Virus record (IMG/VR): IMGVR_UViG_3300045988_173421 | Coordinates: 1 to 53,326 of that record | Direction: 5' to 3' (one strand) | From: a virus | Length of the DNA: 53,326 nucleotides | Shown: one piece after another, positions 1 to 8,027 of the stretch | Layout: the number at the start of each line of letters is the position of its first letter | How positions within the stretch are numbered: the first letter of the stretch is position 1 | Position numbers and translations under genes: made by a program | Notes under the pieces: model-generated | Seen by the model: the letters and a program-made list of their open reading frames with translations, nothing else | The model's database searches: none | What the model was told of the DNA's origin: nothing

Positions 1-55
1 ACAGCATTGTTAATCTCTACTGCTTTATTAATTGGAACTTCTTGTGAGCCTTTCG
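1..55. repeat. 55-bp sequence identical to 53272-53326; terminal direct duplication consistent with a circular-assembly overlap
   Basis: Exact identity of the first and last 55 nt of the window. A minus-strand ORF reads in frame through the junction. Confidence 0.85.
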
Positions 56-335
56 TGTAGCCGTTGAATGTAGAAAATGGGATTCCACTTCCACCAGCAG
101 CTTCCTTTTGTGATAAATTATTTCGTACCATCAAACTATCCAATTCACTTTTCATATTCACTCGCATCATTTCATCAATACCTCCTTCATAATTCTGAAT
201 TTTGATGTTTCTATTTCGAATCGATGATTCATCAATTGAAATCTGACCTAAAAAGATATTCTGTTCGTTTTTCTCATTCCCTATATTCGCTGAATCAGTA
301 ATCGTAGATATTTCATCCAAAAACGAAGCAAACAT
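1..335 (-). CDS. N-terminal part of a wrap-around ORF (about 232 aa in total, continuing at 53271..52908). HTH (XRE-like) domain protein with a coiled-coil C-terminus; possible antirepressor or early regulator.
   Basis: The ATG at 335-333 follows the stop of the 54-aa ORF. Translation across the junction is continuous (..NLSQKEAAGGSGIPFSTFNGYTKGSQEVPINKAVEINNAVGDD..). The motif resembles a Cro/CI HTH. Confidence 0.55.
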   Translation of the reverse strand, partial: MFASFLDEISTITDSANIGNEKNEQNIFLGQISIDESSIRNRNIKIQNYEGGIDEMMRVNMKSELDSLMVRNNLSQKEAAGGSGIPFSTFNGYTKGSQEVPINKAVEINNA

Positions 336-354
336 GTTTACAATTAACCTATGG

Positions 355-519
355 TTAAAACATTTCGCAAACCATTGAGTCCATTTGACGATCATCATTT
401 TGACTTTCAATTTCAAACAAGTTATTAATAAACGACTCTGGTTTAGTTTCTAAGTAGGCTTTCGTTAAGCGATCGCCTAAACGTTTAAGGATGAACTCGA
501 TTTTTTCTTGTTTTGTCAT
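355..519 (-). CDS. Small protein (54 aa, MTKQEKIEFILKRLGDRL...), translationally coupled to cro (ATGA/TAATG overlap)
   Basis: A strong RBS (AAGGAGGTGA) sits 7 nt upstream of the ATG at 519-517. It falls below the ORF-track size cutoff. Confidence 0.5.
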   Translation of the reverse strand: MTKQEKIEFILKRLGDRLTKAYLETKPESFINNLFEIESQNDDRQMDSMVCEMF

Positions 520-770
520 TAGATCACCTCCTTGCTATTACCTTTTGGCAATTCTGTTTGCAAAATAAAAAGCTTGTCAAAATCAGCTTCAGACAAAGCA
601 AAGGTATTAAGTAACTTTGCAATCATGTCATTCCCTAAACCTCTACTCCCATTCATAATTCGATAAATAGTAGTTGGTGCAACTTCGAGTTTTTCAGCTA
701 GACCATAAACCGATAAATCATACTGTTCCATTAGTTCCTGAAGAACTCCATTTTTCAAAACAATTTTCAC
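519..770 (-). CDS. Cro-like XRE-family HTH transcriptional regulator (83 aa)
   Basis: HTH motif (..PTTIYRIMNGSRGLGNDMIAKLLNTF..). Divergent from the ImmR-like gene. Confidence 0.8.
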   Translation of the reverse strand: MKIVLKNGVLQELMEQYDLSVYGLAEKLEVAPTTIYRIMNGSRGLGNDMIAKLLNTFALSEADFDKLFILQTELPKGNSKEVI

Positions 771-790
771 ACCGCTTCACCTCTCTTTCG

Positions 791-886
791 TTACCTTGTG
801 GTAATACTATAACACCGAAATTACCTATTGGCAACACTTAATTACCAAAAAGTCAAATTTTATTCGATTTTGTTACCAGTTGGCAT
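791..886. promoter_or_regulatory. Divergent immunity-region promoter/operator cluster with three inverted-repeat operators (TTACC-N4-GGTAA at 791-804; TTACCtaTTGGCAA at 821-834; TTACCagTTGGCAT at 873-886)
   Basis: Related palindromes recur in the cro/ImmR intergenic region. A TATAAAT-like -10 lies at 889-895. Confidence 0.5.
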
Positions 887-923
887 TATTATAAATATAG
901 AAATATGGAGAAGAGGGATTTGG

Positions 924-1262
924 ATGGACTTTGGTTCACGATTAAAAGAATTGAGATTAGCAAAAAAATATGGAGTAAATCAATTAGCTCTTAAATCAGG
1001 AGTCAGTTCTGCACAGATTTCTCGTTACGAAAACGGAAAAAGAAAAACCCCTCAAATTGATACTGTGAAAAAACTAGCAGATGCTCTTGATGTTTCTGTT
1101 TCAGAACTTATTGGGAAGTGTTCAGATTCTGAAAGTAATGAGAGATTTAGTCAAAAACAGTTGACTGTTGCCGCGCACATCGATGAAGATACATCAGAAG
1201 AAGATATGAAAGATATTCTTAATTTTATAGATTTCATAAAAAATCGAGATCACAAGCAGTAA
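924..1262 (+). CDS. ImmR/CI-like XRE-family HTH repressor
   Basis: RBS GGAGAAGAGGG precedes ATG 924. HTH motif (..GVNQLALKSGVSSAQISRYENGKR..). An ImmA-like gene follows. Confidence 0.8.
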   Translation: MDFGSRLKELRLAKKYGVNQLALKSGVSSAQISRYENGKRKTPQIDTVKKLADALDVSVSELIGKCSDSESNERFSQKQLTVAAHIDEDTSEEDMKDILNFIDFIKNRDHKQ

Positions 1263-1291
1263 TTCATTTTAATGTCGGTAGGTGTTGTCAA

Positions 1292-1759
1292 ATGTATAAC
1301 TATGAAGCTTTAATGTCATTTTTTTCAAATTTGCAGTATAAATTTGAAAAGAAGATGCCCGAAAAACAAAAGGGATTGTATGTCGACAATATAGTTTATC
1401 TCAATCCTAATCAATCAAGTGCCGAACTAAAAAGTACGATTGCAGAAGAAATTGCGCATCATTACACTTCAGTCGGTGACATATCAGACTATAAAAATCC
1501 TGAGTCAAGAAAACAGGAACGAAGGGCACGGCTCGTAGCGGCTGAGATGACTGTCCACCCTTCCCTTTTGATCAAGGCTTATCAAAAAGGATGTAGAGAG
1601 TATTGGGAAGTCGCTGACGAGCTGGGAATAACCGTAGAAGCGTTAAAAAAGGCAATTGATCTTTTTAAACAAAAATATGGTGAAGGCTTTTGTTTTTTAA
1701 ATTATAAGATTATTTTTGGATCAGGCGATTCAATTAAAGTAGTAAAAATAAAGCAGTGA
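1292..1759 (+). CDS. ImmA/IrrE-family (DUF955) metallopeptidase-like antirepressor with a variant zinc motif (EEIAHH instead of HEXXH)
   Basis: The motif ..STIAEEIAHHYTS.. aligns with the ImmA HEXXH region, and the gene sits immediately downstream of the repressor. Confidence 0.65.
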   Translation: MYNYEALMSFFSNLQYKFEKKMPEKQKGLYVDNIVYLNPNQSSAELKSTIAEEIAHHYTSVGDISDYKNPESRKQERRARLVAAEMTVHPSLLIKAYQKGCREYWEVADELGITVEALKKAIDLFKQKYGEGFCFLNYKIIFGSGDSIKVVKIKQ

Positions 1760-1808
1760 TTTACATATAAATTTATATTTGTGATTTCGTATACATGAGG
1801 AGGAAGTT

Positions 1809-2705
1809 ATGGAGACGGTGTTTACCCTTGTTTTTATCATAGGTTGTATTGGGGCTTGGTATTTCATAAAAAGGAGTCCGAATAAACGTAACAGAAATAT
1901 CTCATTTGGGTTGATAGCCTTATCAGTAATAATAATTGGTTTCATTCCAACAACCGAGACTAAAGAAGTGACTTCTAAACCTGTAGAAGAAAAGAAAACC
2001 AAACAACAGAGTAGTGCCAAAATTTCAGATTTAGTTTTAGAGACACCTAAAGAAGCAATCTCTGATGATACCGGAGAAGTTAAAATATCAGGAAAAACTT
2101 CGCCAAATGCGGAAGTATCAATTGGAATGGGAATAGTTGGAGATAAAACAACAGCTGATAAATCTGGCGATTTCATGCTTCTTTATGAATTAAGCAGTCC
2201 AGAAACAACTCTTACAATAAATTCAAAACGTGACGGAGATTCAAAAAGCACTAAGATAAAAGTAAAAATGAATGACAATGCACTTTCAGCATTAGAGGAA
2301 AAAGAAGCTGAAGAATCAAGAAAAGCTGAGTCAAAAAACTTGGAAAAGCAAAAGAGCGAAGAAAGCAAAGAAGCTGAACAAAAAAGAACTGAAGATAGTA
2401 AAAATGCTGAAAACCAAAAAAATAGTGATATTACACAACTTGCGGACGAAGCAACACCGCAACAATCGGATATCCTTACTGAATTGGCATTACAACAATT
2501 TGACAAATCATACCCTTATAAAGGAAGTAAACTTCATATTGCTATCGGTAAATTGCAAGATTGGACTCAAAAGGATGGAAAATGGTTTGCTAAATACGAG
2601 GCAACAATAGTAAATGCGTTTGATGCAAAAAGAAGCGCTAATGTTGAAGTAACTATAGAACCTGTATCCGAATCCAGCGGTTATGTTTCGTTCCTTGATT
2701 ATTAA
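1809..2705 (+). CDS. Membrane-anchored protein (N-terminal TM, Lys/Glu-rich linker, C-terminal globular domain); candidate lysogenic-conversion or superinfection-exclusion cargo
   Basis: RBS GAGGAGGA; TM helix at residues 5-25; position in the lysogeny module. Confidence 0.6.
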   Translation: METVFTLVFIIGCIGAWYFIKRSPNKRNRNISFGLIALSVIIIGFIPTTETKEVTSKPVEEKKTKQQSSAKISDLVLETPKEAISDDTGEVKISGKTSPNAEVSIGMGIVGDKTTADKSGDFMLLYELSSPETTLTINSKRDGDSKSTKIKVKMNDNALSALEEKEAEESRKAESKNLEKQKSEESKEAEQKRTEDSKNAENQKNSDITQLADEATPQQSDILTELALQQFDKSYPYKGSKLHIAIGKLQDWTQKDGKWFAKYEATIVNAFDAKRSANVEVTIEPVSESSGYVSFLDY

Positions 2706-2728
2706 AATAATTTGTTGGAGGTGGTCAT

Positions 2729-3340
2729 ATGGTTGATTGGAAGGAATTAGGGAAAAAAGCTATTAATGTAACAAGAGATGTTACTGAAAAAGGGATTGAC
2801 TCATTTCAAGAATGGAAAGATGATGCCGATTGAGTAGCTAAGGCAGAAGGAAAAAAAGCATTAAAAAGAGCCAAGAGAGATATTGAAAGAGCCGAGAAAG
2901 TGCAGAAAAAGGAAATTAAAAGAGGTAGAAGCAAACCGGAACACGATTATTCTTCTACTGAGAAAACATTTGAACCTTTCTCTTCTAAAGGCGTAGTTGA
3001 AGAATCGACTTATAAAAAGATTAAAAGAGTAAAGCTTTCGAAAATCACTCAAGAAGAACCTAATAGAATTTCTATAAAACAAGGTAGAAAAAAAATTGAC
3101 TTTTTATTGAAAAAAATTGAATTCTCCGACAAAAAAAATTCAACTGGTGGCGCATTACTCGGTGCTGCAATTGCTGGAACTGCTGGTGCTGTTATTGGTA
3201 GCTCGATGAACTCAAGTAAAGTCTATGCAAACTTATATGTTCGTCCATTAGATGAAAAAGGAGTGCTACATGTAATTCGTTTTTATACTGACAATAAAGA
3301 AGCTGCTCAACTCTTAAGACTTCAGGCAACGGAGGATTAA
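2729..3340 (+). pseudogene. Glycine-zipper membrane protein reading frame interrupted by an in-frame TGA at 2831-2833 (34-codon ORF 2729-2833 plus GTG-start ORF 2900-3340 in the same frame)
   Basis: Strong RBS (GGAGGTGG) before ATG 2729. 2900-2729=171, so both ORFs share a frame across the single stop. GxxxG-rich TM segment (GGALLGAAIAGTAGAVIGS). Confidence 0.4.
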
Positions 3341-3341
3341 A

Positions 3342-4058
3342 ATGAAAAAACTAACAATCGCATGCATAATCTGCTCTACCCTGCTCTTCTCGGCGTGTTC
3401 GACTGATAAGAAAACGGATACGACTGATTCGACATCCAAGCAAAAAATTGAGGCTAGAAAAACCGAGGATTCTAAGAAAAAGAAAGCTGCTGAGGAAAAG
3501 AAAGTCGCTGAGGAAGCAGAAAAGAAGAAACAAGATGAAATTACTAAAAAGGTTTCTGAAGCAGATACTGCCATGAAAGCTGCTGAAACAAATCCAACTG
3601 ACGAAACTGTTGAAGCAGCAAAGAAATCAGTTGAAGCAATACCAGGTGGTAATAACGAATTGCAAAAAAGACTTGAAGCAGTTACAGCAAAACTAGCAAC
3701 AATAAAACAACAGGCAACCGTGCAAGCTCAACAACAAAGTCCTGTTCAAAATGATGCAGACGGTAACGGAATACCTGATGATTCTCCTTATAACAACACA
3801 ACACCTGAAGAACGTGCTAGAGGTGCTCAAATGGAAGCTGATGCTCAAACTCGATATTGGGAAGCATATAATAATGGTGCGAATCCTGATGATGCTCTTG
3901 CTTATGCAGATGGTAGATCTGATAATTACAATCAACAACAAAACGATGCAGTCGCTCAGGTTGATCAGTATCGATCTGACTTCAAAGCACAGAATGGACG
4001 CGAACCTACATCAGGTGAAATTCAGAGTCAATGGTTACAGGAACAAGGTATTCAGTAA
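3342..4058 (+). CDS. Lipoprotein (lipobox LFSAC), Lys/Glu/Ala-rich; candidate Ltp-like superinfection-exclusion lipoprotein
   Basis: N-terminus MKKLTIACIICSTLLFSAC. Located between the repressor and the integrase. Confidence 0.65.
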   Translation: MKKLTIACIICSTLLFSACSTDKKTDTTDSTSKQKIEARKTEDSKKKKAAEEKKVAEEAEKKKQDEITKKVSEADTAMKAAETNPTDETVEAAKKSVEAIPGGNNELQKRLEAVTAKLATIKQQATVQAQQQSPVQNDADGNGIPDDSPYNNTTPEERARGAQMEADAQTRYWEAYNNGANPDDALAYADGRSDNYNQQQNDAVAQVDQYRSDFKAQNGREPTSGEIQSQWLQEQGIQ

Positions 4059-4064
4059 AGGAGA

Positions 4065-4253
4065 ATGATTGCGATCTTGGATTGGTCAAACAAAGTATAC
4101 GGTGAGTTAAGCGAGTTCGAAAAATTTAAAGCTGATAAGTTGATAAAACAAGCTCTAGATAGCACGCACAATTATAAGGGCGAAGTTCCGAATGAACATG
4201 ATAGAATGGTCATTCGCGATATGATTAGAAATAATCTTACCTTATTGAATTGA
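4065..4253 (+). CDS. Hypothetical small protein
   Basis: ORF with a GGAG RBS. Confidence 0.4.
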   Translation: MIAILDWSNKVYGELSEFEKFKADKLIKQALDSTHNYKGEVPNEHDRMVIRDMIRNNLTLLN

Positions 4254-4365
4254 GCCAGTAATAACTAGCAGCTCTTCTCCCCCATCGCTGGCGATCTTAT
4301 ATAACTGGTGACTACTTCTACCTGCCATAATTGGGAGTTGAAATGAATTTTTTTGGAGGATGCAA

Positions 4366-5604
4366 ATGGCAACTTTGTTAGTGTTAGTAGGATTTTTTGG
4401 ATTTATTTTTGGTGTAGTAAGATTAATTAGAGCGTTTATCAAGAAATCACCTAAGAAGCCTGAACTTTTAATTATTCTTGGTACTGTTATTGTATTTTTT
4501 GCTGGTGGATCTCTCTTAGAACCATCTGAACAAAAGTCAGCAGAAACAACCATAAGCAGCACACAGCAAAGTAAAATTAAAAGTAAAACTGCTTCAACCT
4601 CTAGTGAAACAAAGAAAGAACAAAACAAAACTTCGGATGAAAAGAATAAGCAAAAACAAGCTCTTATCTCATTTAATGATCGTGTAAAGCAAGATAATAG
4701 TAATCTTGCAAATATGGAATACAATGGCACGCAAACGATTGAAGTTAATGATAATAATCCAACTTTTTCGGAAGATGATTTATCTTTGGCCAATAAAGCT
4801 TGGGAAAAATACGGGAACCTTGATCAACTAAACCGTGCTACTTCTGCCGAAGCTATGCTGAATCAATCATTGATGCCTACAGCTAAACGTGGAGATATTT
4901 CTAATGTCAAACCTACTGGCTGGCATAATAAGAAAATTGGTAAAGGATATCTCTATAATCGATCTCATTTGATTGGCTATACCCTTTCTGGCGAGAACGA
5001 TAACTGGAAGAATCTGATCACAGGAACAGCACAGTTAAATAATCCAGAAATGCTTCGTTATGAAATGGATATAAAATATTATCTGGAGAAGAGTAAAGAT
5101 AACTATGTACGGTACTCAGTAACTCCTGTATTTCGTGGTGATGAGTTACTCGCTCGTGGCGTTCATTTAATGGCTCAATCAATAAAATCTGATGACATCA
5201 AATTTAATGTTTATATCTTCAATGTACAAGATGATGTAACTTTGAATTATTCAGATGGAACAAGCCAAACTAAAAGCGAGATTCTGGCTGCTCAACAAAA
5301 AGAAGAAGAAAGAAAGAATGCTGAAATCAAAGCTCAACAAGCTGCTGAAAAACAACAGCGAATTGAAGCACAAAAGCAAGCTGAGGCAGCTCAAAACGCA
5401 GCAAATGAACAACAAGCAGCCGCTACTCAAACAAATGGTCCAGAGTACATTGATGCTAATGGAAATGGATTAATCAAAGGTTCCAACAATGGAATATATC
5501 ACGTTCCAGGTAGCAGGTATTACGACAAAACAACTAACCCAGCAGCTTGGTTTAAAACTGTTGACGAAGCTGAAAGAGCTGGATATCGAGCACCGAGAAA
5601 TTAG
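4366..5604 (+). CDS. Membrane-anchored DNA/RNA non-specific endonuclease (EndA/Spd1-like Endonuclease_NS_2 family) with a Gln/Ala-rich linker and a C-terminal YHxPGSxYY...EAxxAGYR tail
   Basis: N-terminal TM helices; nuclease-like core (..[31 protein letters not shown]..); RBS GGAGGA. Confidence 0.6.
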   Translation: MATLLVLVGFFGFIFGVVRLIRAFIKKSPKKPELLIILGTVIVFFAGGSLLEPSEQKSAETTISSTQQSKIKSKTASTSSETKKEQNKTSDEKNKQKQALISFNDRVKQDNSNLANMEYNGTQTIEVNDNNPTFSEDDLSLANKAWEKYGNLDQLNRATSAEAMLNQSLMPTAKRGDISNVKPTGWHNKKIGKGYLYNRSHLIGYTLSGENDNWKNLITGTAQLNNPEMLRYEMDIKYYLEKSKDNYVRYSVTPVFRGDELLARGVHLMAQSIKSDDIKFNVYIFNVQDDVTLNYSDGTSQTKSEILAAQQKEEERKNAEIKAQQAAEKQQRIEAQKQAEAAQNAANEQQAAATQTNGPEYIDANGNGLIKGSNNGIYHVPGSRYYDKTTNPAAWFKTVDEAERAGYRAPRN

Positions 5605-5612
5605 ATCTACCC

Positions 5613-5652
5613 TCCCCATCTGGCGCCGCCGGTTCGATTCCGGCTTGGGGAA
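5613..5652 (+). other. tRNA 3'-end fragment (T-arm GCCGG-TTCGATT-CCGGC plus acceptor 3' strand TTGGGGA-A) with no 5' half; a probable att-core or recombination scar
   Basis: GGTTCGATTCC T-loop consensus; no D-arm or anticodon arm upstream. Confidence 0.6.
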
Positions 5653-5680
5653 TAAAAAACAAATTTTTTGGGAGGTAAAT

Positions 5681-6541
5681 ATGTCGAACGCATCTGAAGA
5701 TCCAAAAATAATATCTTTCATTAATATGAAAGGCGGTGTTGGTAAAACAACTCTTTGTAAGGAAGTTGGATATCACTTAGCAAAAATCAGAAAGAAAAGA
5801 GTTTTATTGATTGATACCGATCCACAAGCTAATTTAACTCAATCATTTTTTAAAAAGTTTCATTTAAAACAACCTGGTTCAATGTTAGAAGGTGAAGACT
5901 CTTTTGAAGAATCTTCAGCAAGTATCAATAATCTCTTCAAGAGTGATGGTATAGACCCTTCAAAAAAACTAGTAATAAGAAATCTAGATGAACAATTATC
6001 AATTATCCCTGGTGATCTAAATACTGTTTTTATGTCTAGAAATACTGATTCCTCAACTATGAATCAGTCTATTTACAATTTTCTTTTTATGAATTCTAGT
6101 TTTGAAAAATCTGAATACGATTATATTTTGCTGGATTGTCCACCGACATACTCTGAATACACAATCTCTGCCATCTTAGCTAGTACACATTACATCATTC
6201 CAGTTAAACCTGACAATTATTCAGTTCTTGGAATACAGATGCTAGAAAAAGTGATTCAGGATATAAAGAAGAAAAATCCTATTTACTTTAAAGAAAAACC
6301 AATAAAGAATATTGGTATAATTTTTACGGATTTGCCCCTAAGGGTTGCAACTGGACAGGCAGAAACGATAAAATTGATCAAAGAAACTAAAAAACTGGAA
6401 CCTTTTTACTTTTTCCAATCACATTTTTTAAAAAATAATGGCTTTTTCAAAAAGCTTGATTACTTTGTTGACGCCAGAAACAGTGAAAAGTCAAAGGAAA
6501 ATCTTTATGCATTAGTTTCTGAATTAATAGGGAGGTTATAA
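5681..6541 (+). CDS. ParA/Soj/MinD-family P-loop ATPase (deviant Walker A KGGVGKT, A' LLIDTDPQAN, Walker B ILLDCPP)
   Basis: Motifs read directly; RBS GGGAGG; strongly AT-rich; no ParB-like partner recognised. Confidence 0.8.
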   Translation: MSNASEDPKIISFINMKGGVGKTTLCKEVGYHLAKIRKKRVLLIDTDPQANLTQSFFKKFHLKQPGSMLEGEDSFEESSASINNLFKSDGIDPSKKLVIRNLDEQLSIIPGDLNTVFMSRNTDSSTMNQSIYNFLFMNSSFEKSEYDYILLDCPPTYSEYTISAILASTHYIIPVKPDNYSVLGIQMLEKVIQDIKKKNPIYFKEKPIKNIGIIFTDLPLRVATGQAETIKLIKETKKLEPFYFFQSHFLKNNGFFKKLDYFVDARNSEKSKENLYALVSELIGRL

Positions 6542-6542
6542 A

Positions 6543-6935
6543 ATGCAACCCAATACTCAGTTAGAAGTTTACTTATCAAAGATTAACAAACGTACTCCAA
6601 TTGAAGAAATGAAATTTACTCTTTATGGTTGTGCCACAATTTTCTTTTTATCAAAGCAATTGTTTCCACTCAATAAAGATATACAGATTTTTATCAATAG
6701 TTTTAAACTCAATCCAGTAGAAAAAAATTATGGTGATTATCTTTACAAAAGCAGAACCTTGCTTTTATCTAGGATAATTCGTGATATTAAAGTTTCAGAA
6801 GTAGAAAGATTGACATTATATATTAATGCAATGAAAGCATTAGTATTCTCTGATAGTTATAATTATAAAGAAACAACTGATAAGGATACAAAGAAGAATT
6901 ACTTCGATGAACTATTTAATCAATTTGGAGGATAG
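6543..6935 (+). CDS. Hypothetical protein (130 aa), very AT-rich; possibly co-operonic with the ParA-like gene
   Basis: RBS GGAGG; 1-nt gap after the ParA-like stop. Confidence 0.55.
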   Translation: MQPNTQLEVYLSKINKRTPIEEMKFTLYGCATIFFLSKQLFPLNKDIQIFINSFKLNPVEKNYGDYLYKSRTLLLSRIIRDIKVSEVERLTLYINAMKALVFSDSYNYKETTDKDTKKNYFDELFNQFGG

Positions 6936-6936
6936 T

Positions 6937-7590
6937 ATGAAAATAGATAATGAAAAATACATGAACTATTTAAATTTCGTAAATTCAAACTATCCAAACT
7001 CTGATTGGGGGGATTCAAAAAAAGAGAAAACTATTTACATGAACATTTCAAATTCTCTTTCTTGCTTAGATATCTACACTTCCGTAAATCATAAAAAATG
7101 TATTCATTCGGATCTTTTAGATGACCTAATAGTTTTGCTCCGACATTATCTTTTTTTATTACCCCTTAAGAATCCTATTTCTTATCATGCGATTATGCGA
7201 GCAATTTGTGAAACAATAATGAAAATTATGTACTCATCTATATATCCAAACGAAACTTCCGAGTCTATACGAAAACTAAATTATAGATATTTAAGTGAGA
7301 CTATTGACTCCGACGTAACCCTAAAAAGCATCGTTGGTGAAAATACTTTAAAAATTAAAAACAGTTATGCAAGTTCTTCAAATCAAATACATTCAAAAAC
7401 TGGATTCAGTCAATTCAATGCTCCTTACCTTGCAAATTTTTGGAGTTCTTCATTTTTATCAATAGATACAATGAAAAATGATTCTTCAACTATTTATGAG
7501 TTTATTTCTAAGAGTATTTATGTTTTGAATAAGTATGATTCAAATGATTTCGGTCATAATCAAAAAAATATACTACTAAACATGATATAG
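6937..7590 (+). CDS. Hypothetical protein (about 217 aa), Asn/Ser/Tyr-rich and very AT-rich
   Basis: RBS TGGAGGA before ATG 6937; the ORF-track start at 6907 is probably too early. Confidence 0.5.
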   Translation: MKIDNEKYMNYLNFVNSNYPNSDWGDSKKEKTIYMNISNSLSCLDIYTSVNHKKCIHSDLLDDLIVLLRHYLFLLPLKNPISYHAIMRAICETIMKIMYSSIYPNETSESIRKLNYRYLSETIDSDVTLKSIVGENTLKIKNSYASSSNQIHSKTGFSQFNAPYLANFWSSSFLSIDTMKNDSSTIYEFISKSIYVLNKYDSNDFGHNQKNILLNMI

Positions 7591-7596
7591 AATCTT

Positions 7597-7617
7597 AAGC
7601 CTCCGGGCTTTTCTTTT
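7597..7617 (+). terminator. Rho-independent terminator (AAGCCTCCGGGCTT plus T-run)
   Basis: Hairpin followed by TTCTTTT. Confidence 0.6.
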
Positions 7618-7628
7618 AACGAACAAAA

Positions 7629-7642
7629 CGAACATACATTCG
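7629..7642. promoter_or_regulatory. Cheo-box-like LexA site, CGAACATACATTCG (one mismatch to CGAACRNRYGTTCG), upstream of the int operon promoter
   Basis: Seen in sequence. Additional GAAC half-sites at 7618-7650. A TTGCAC -35-like hexamer lies downstream. Confidence 0.4.
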
Positions 7643-7748
7643 TATTCGTTGCTGTTTTATTCGATAGTCTAAGGAAACGTGTGAAAATAATCTTTTTTTG
7701 CACGTGTTTTCGAATCGTATACAAAATATTTCGAAAGGAAATGATTTT

Positions 7749-8027
7749 ATGTCACCATATGAATTGAGAGAAAGACTAAAAAAAGAGGTACCAGAAGTAA
7801 AGATATACCCTATCCTTACAAAGTTTAGTTACAGTGAGGAAGAATATCAAGAAGAATTGAAAAATCAACTAGATTTAAAAAAAGATATTGAAGCTGGAAA
7901 TGTGATTTCACGCCCTGTTTATACCTGGCAAGAGAAAGAACTAAAAATGGATAAGTTTTATGAAAAAGGATGGTATAAACCAAAGTTCTATACGCTTCCA
8001 AAATCTATGTTCAGGAGTGAAGACTGA
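7749..8027 (+). CDS. Small protein overlapping the int start (ATGA); possible excisionase or accessory protein
   Basis: RBS AAAGGAAAT; 4-nt overlap with the int start. Confidence 0.45.
   Translation: MSPYELRERLKKEVPEVKIYPILTKFSYSEEEYQEELKNQLDLKKDIEAGNVISRPVYTWQEKELKMDKFYEKGWYKPKFYTLPKSMFRSED

Noticed and set aside
5489-5680. N-terminal 64-codon extension of the ParA-like ORF in the track
   Set aside because: The extension overlaps the nuclease gene end and the tRNA fragment. A strong RBS precedes the internal ATG at 5681, which directly starts the Walker A region.
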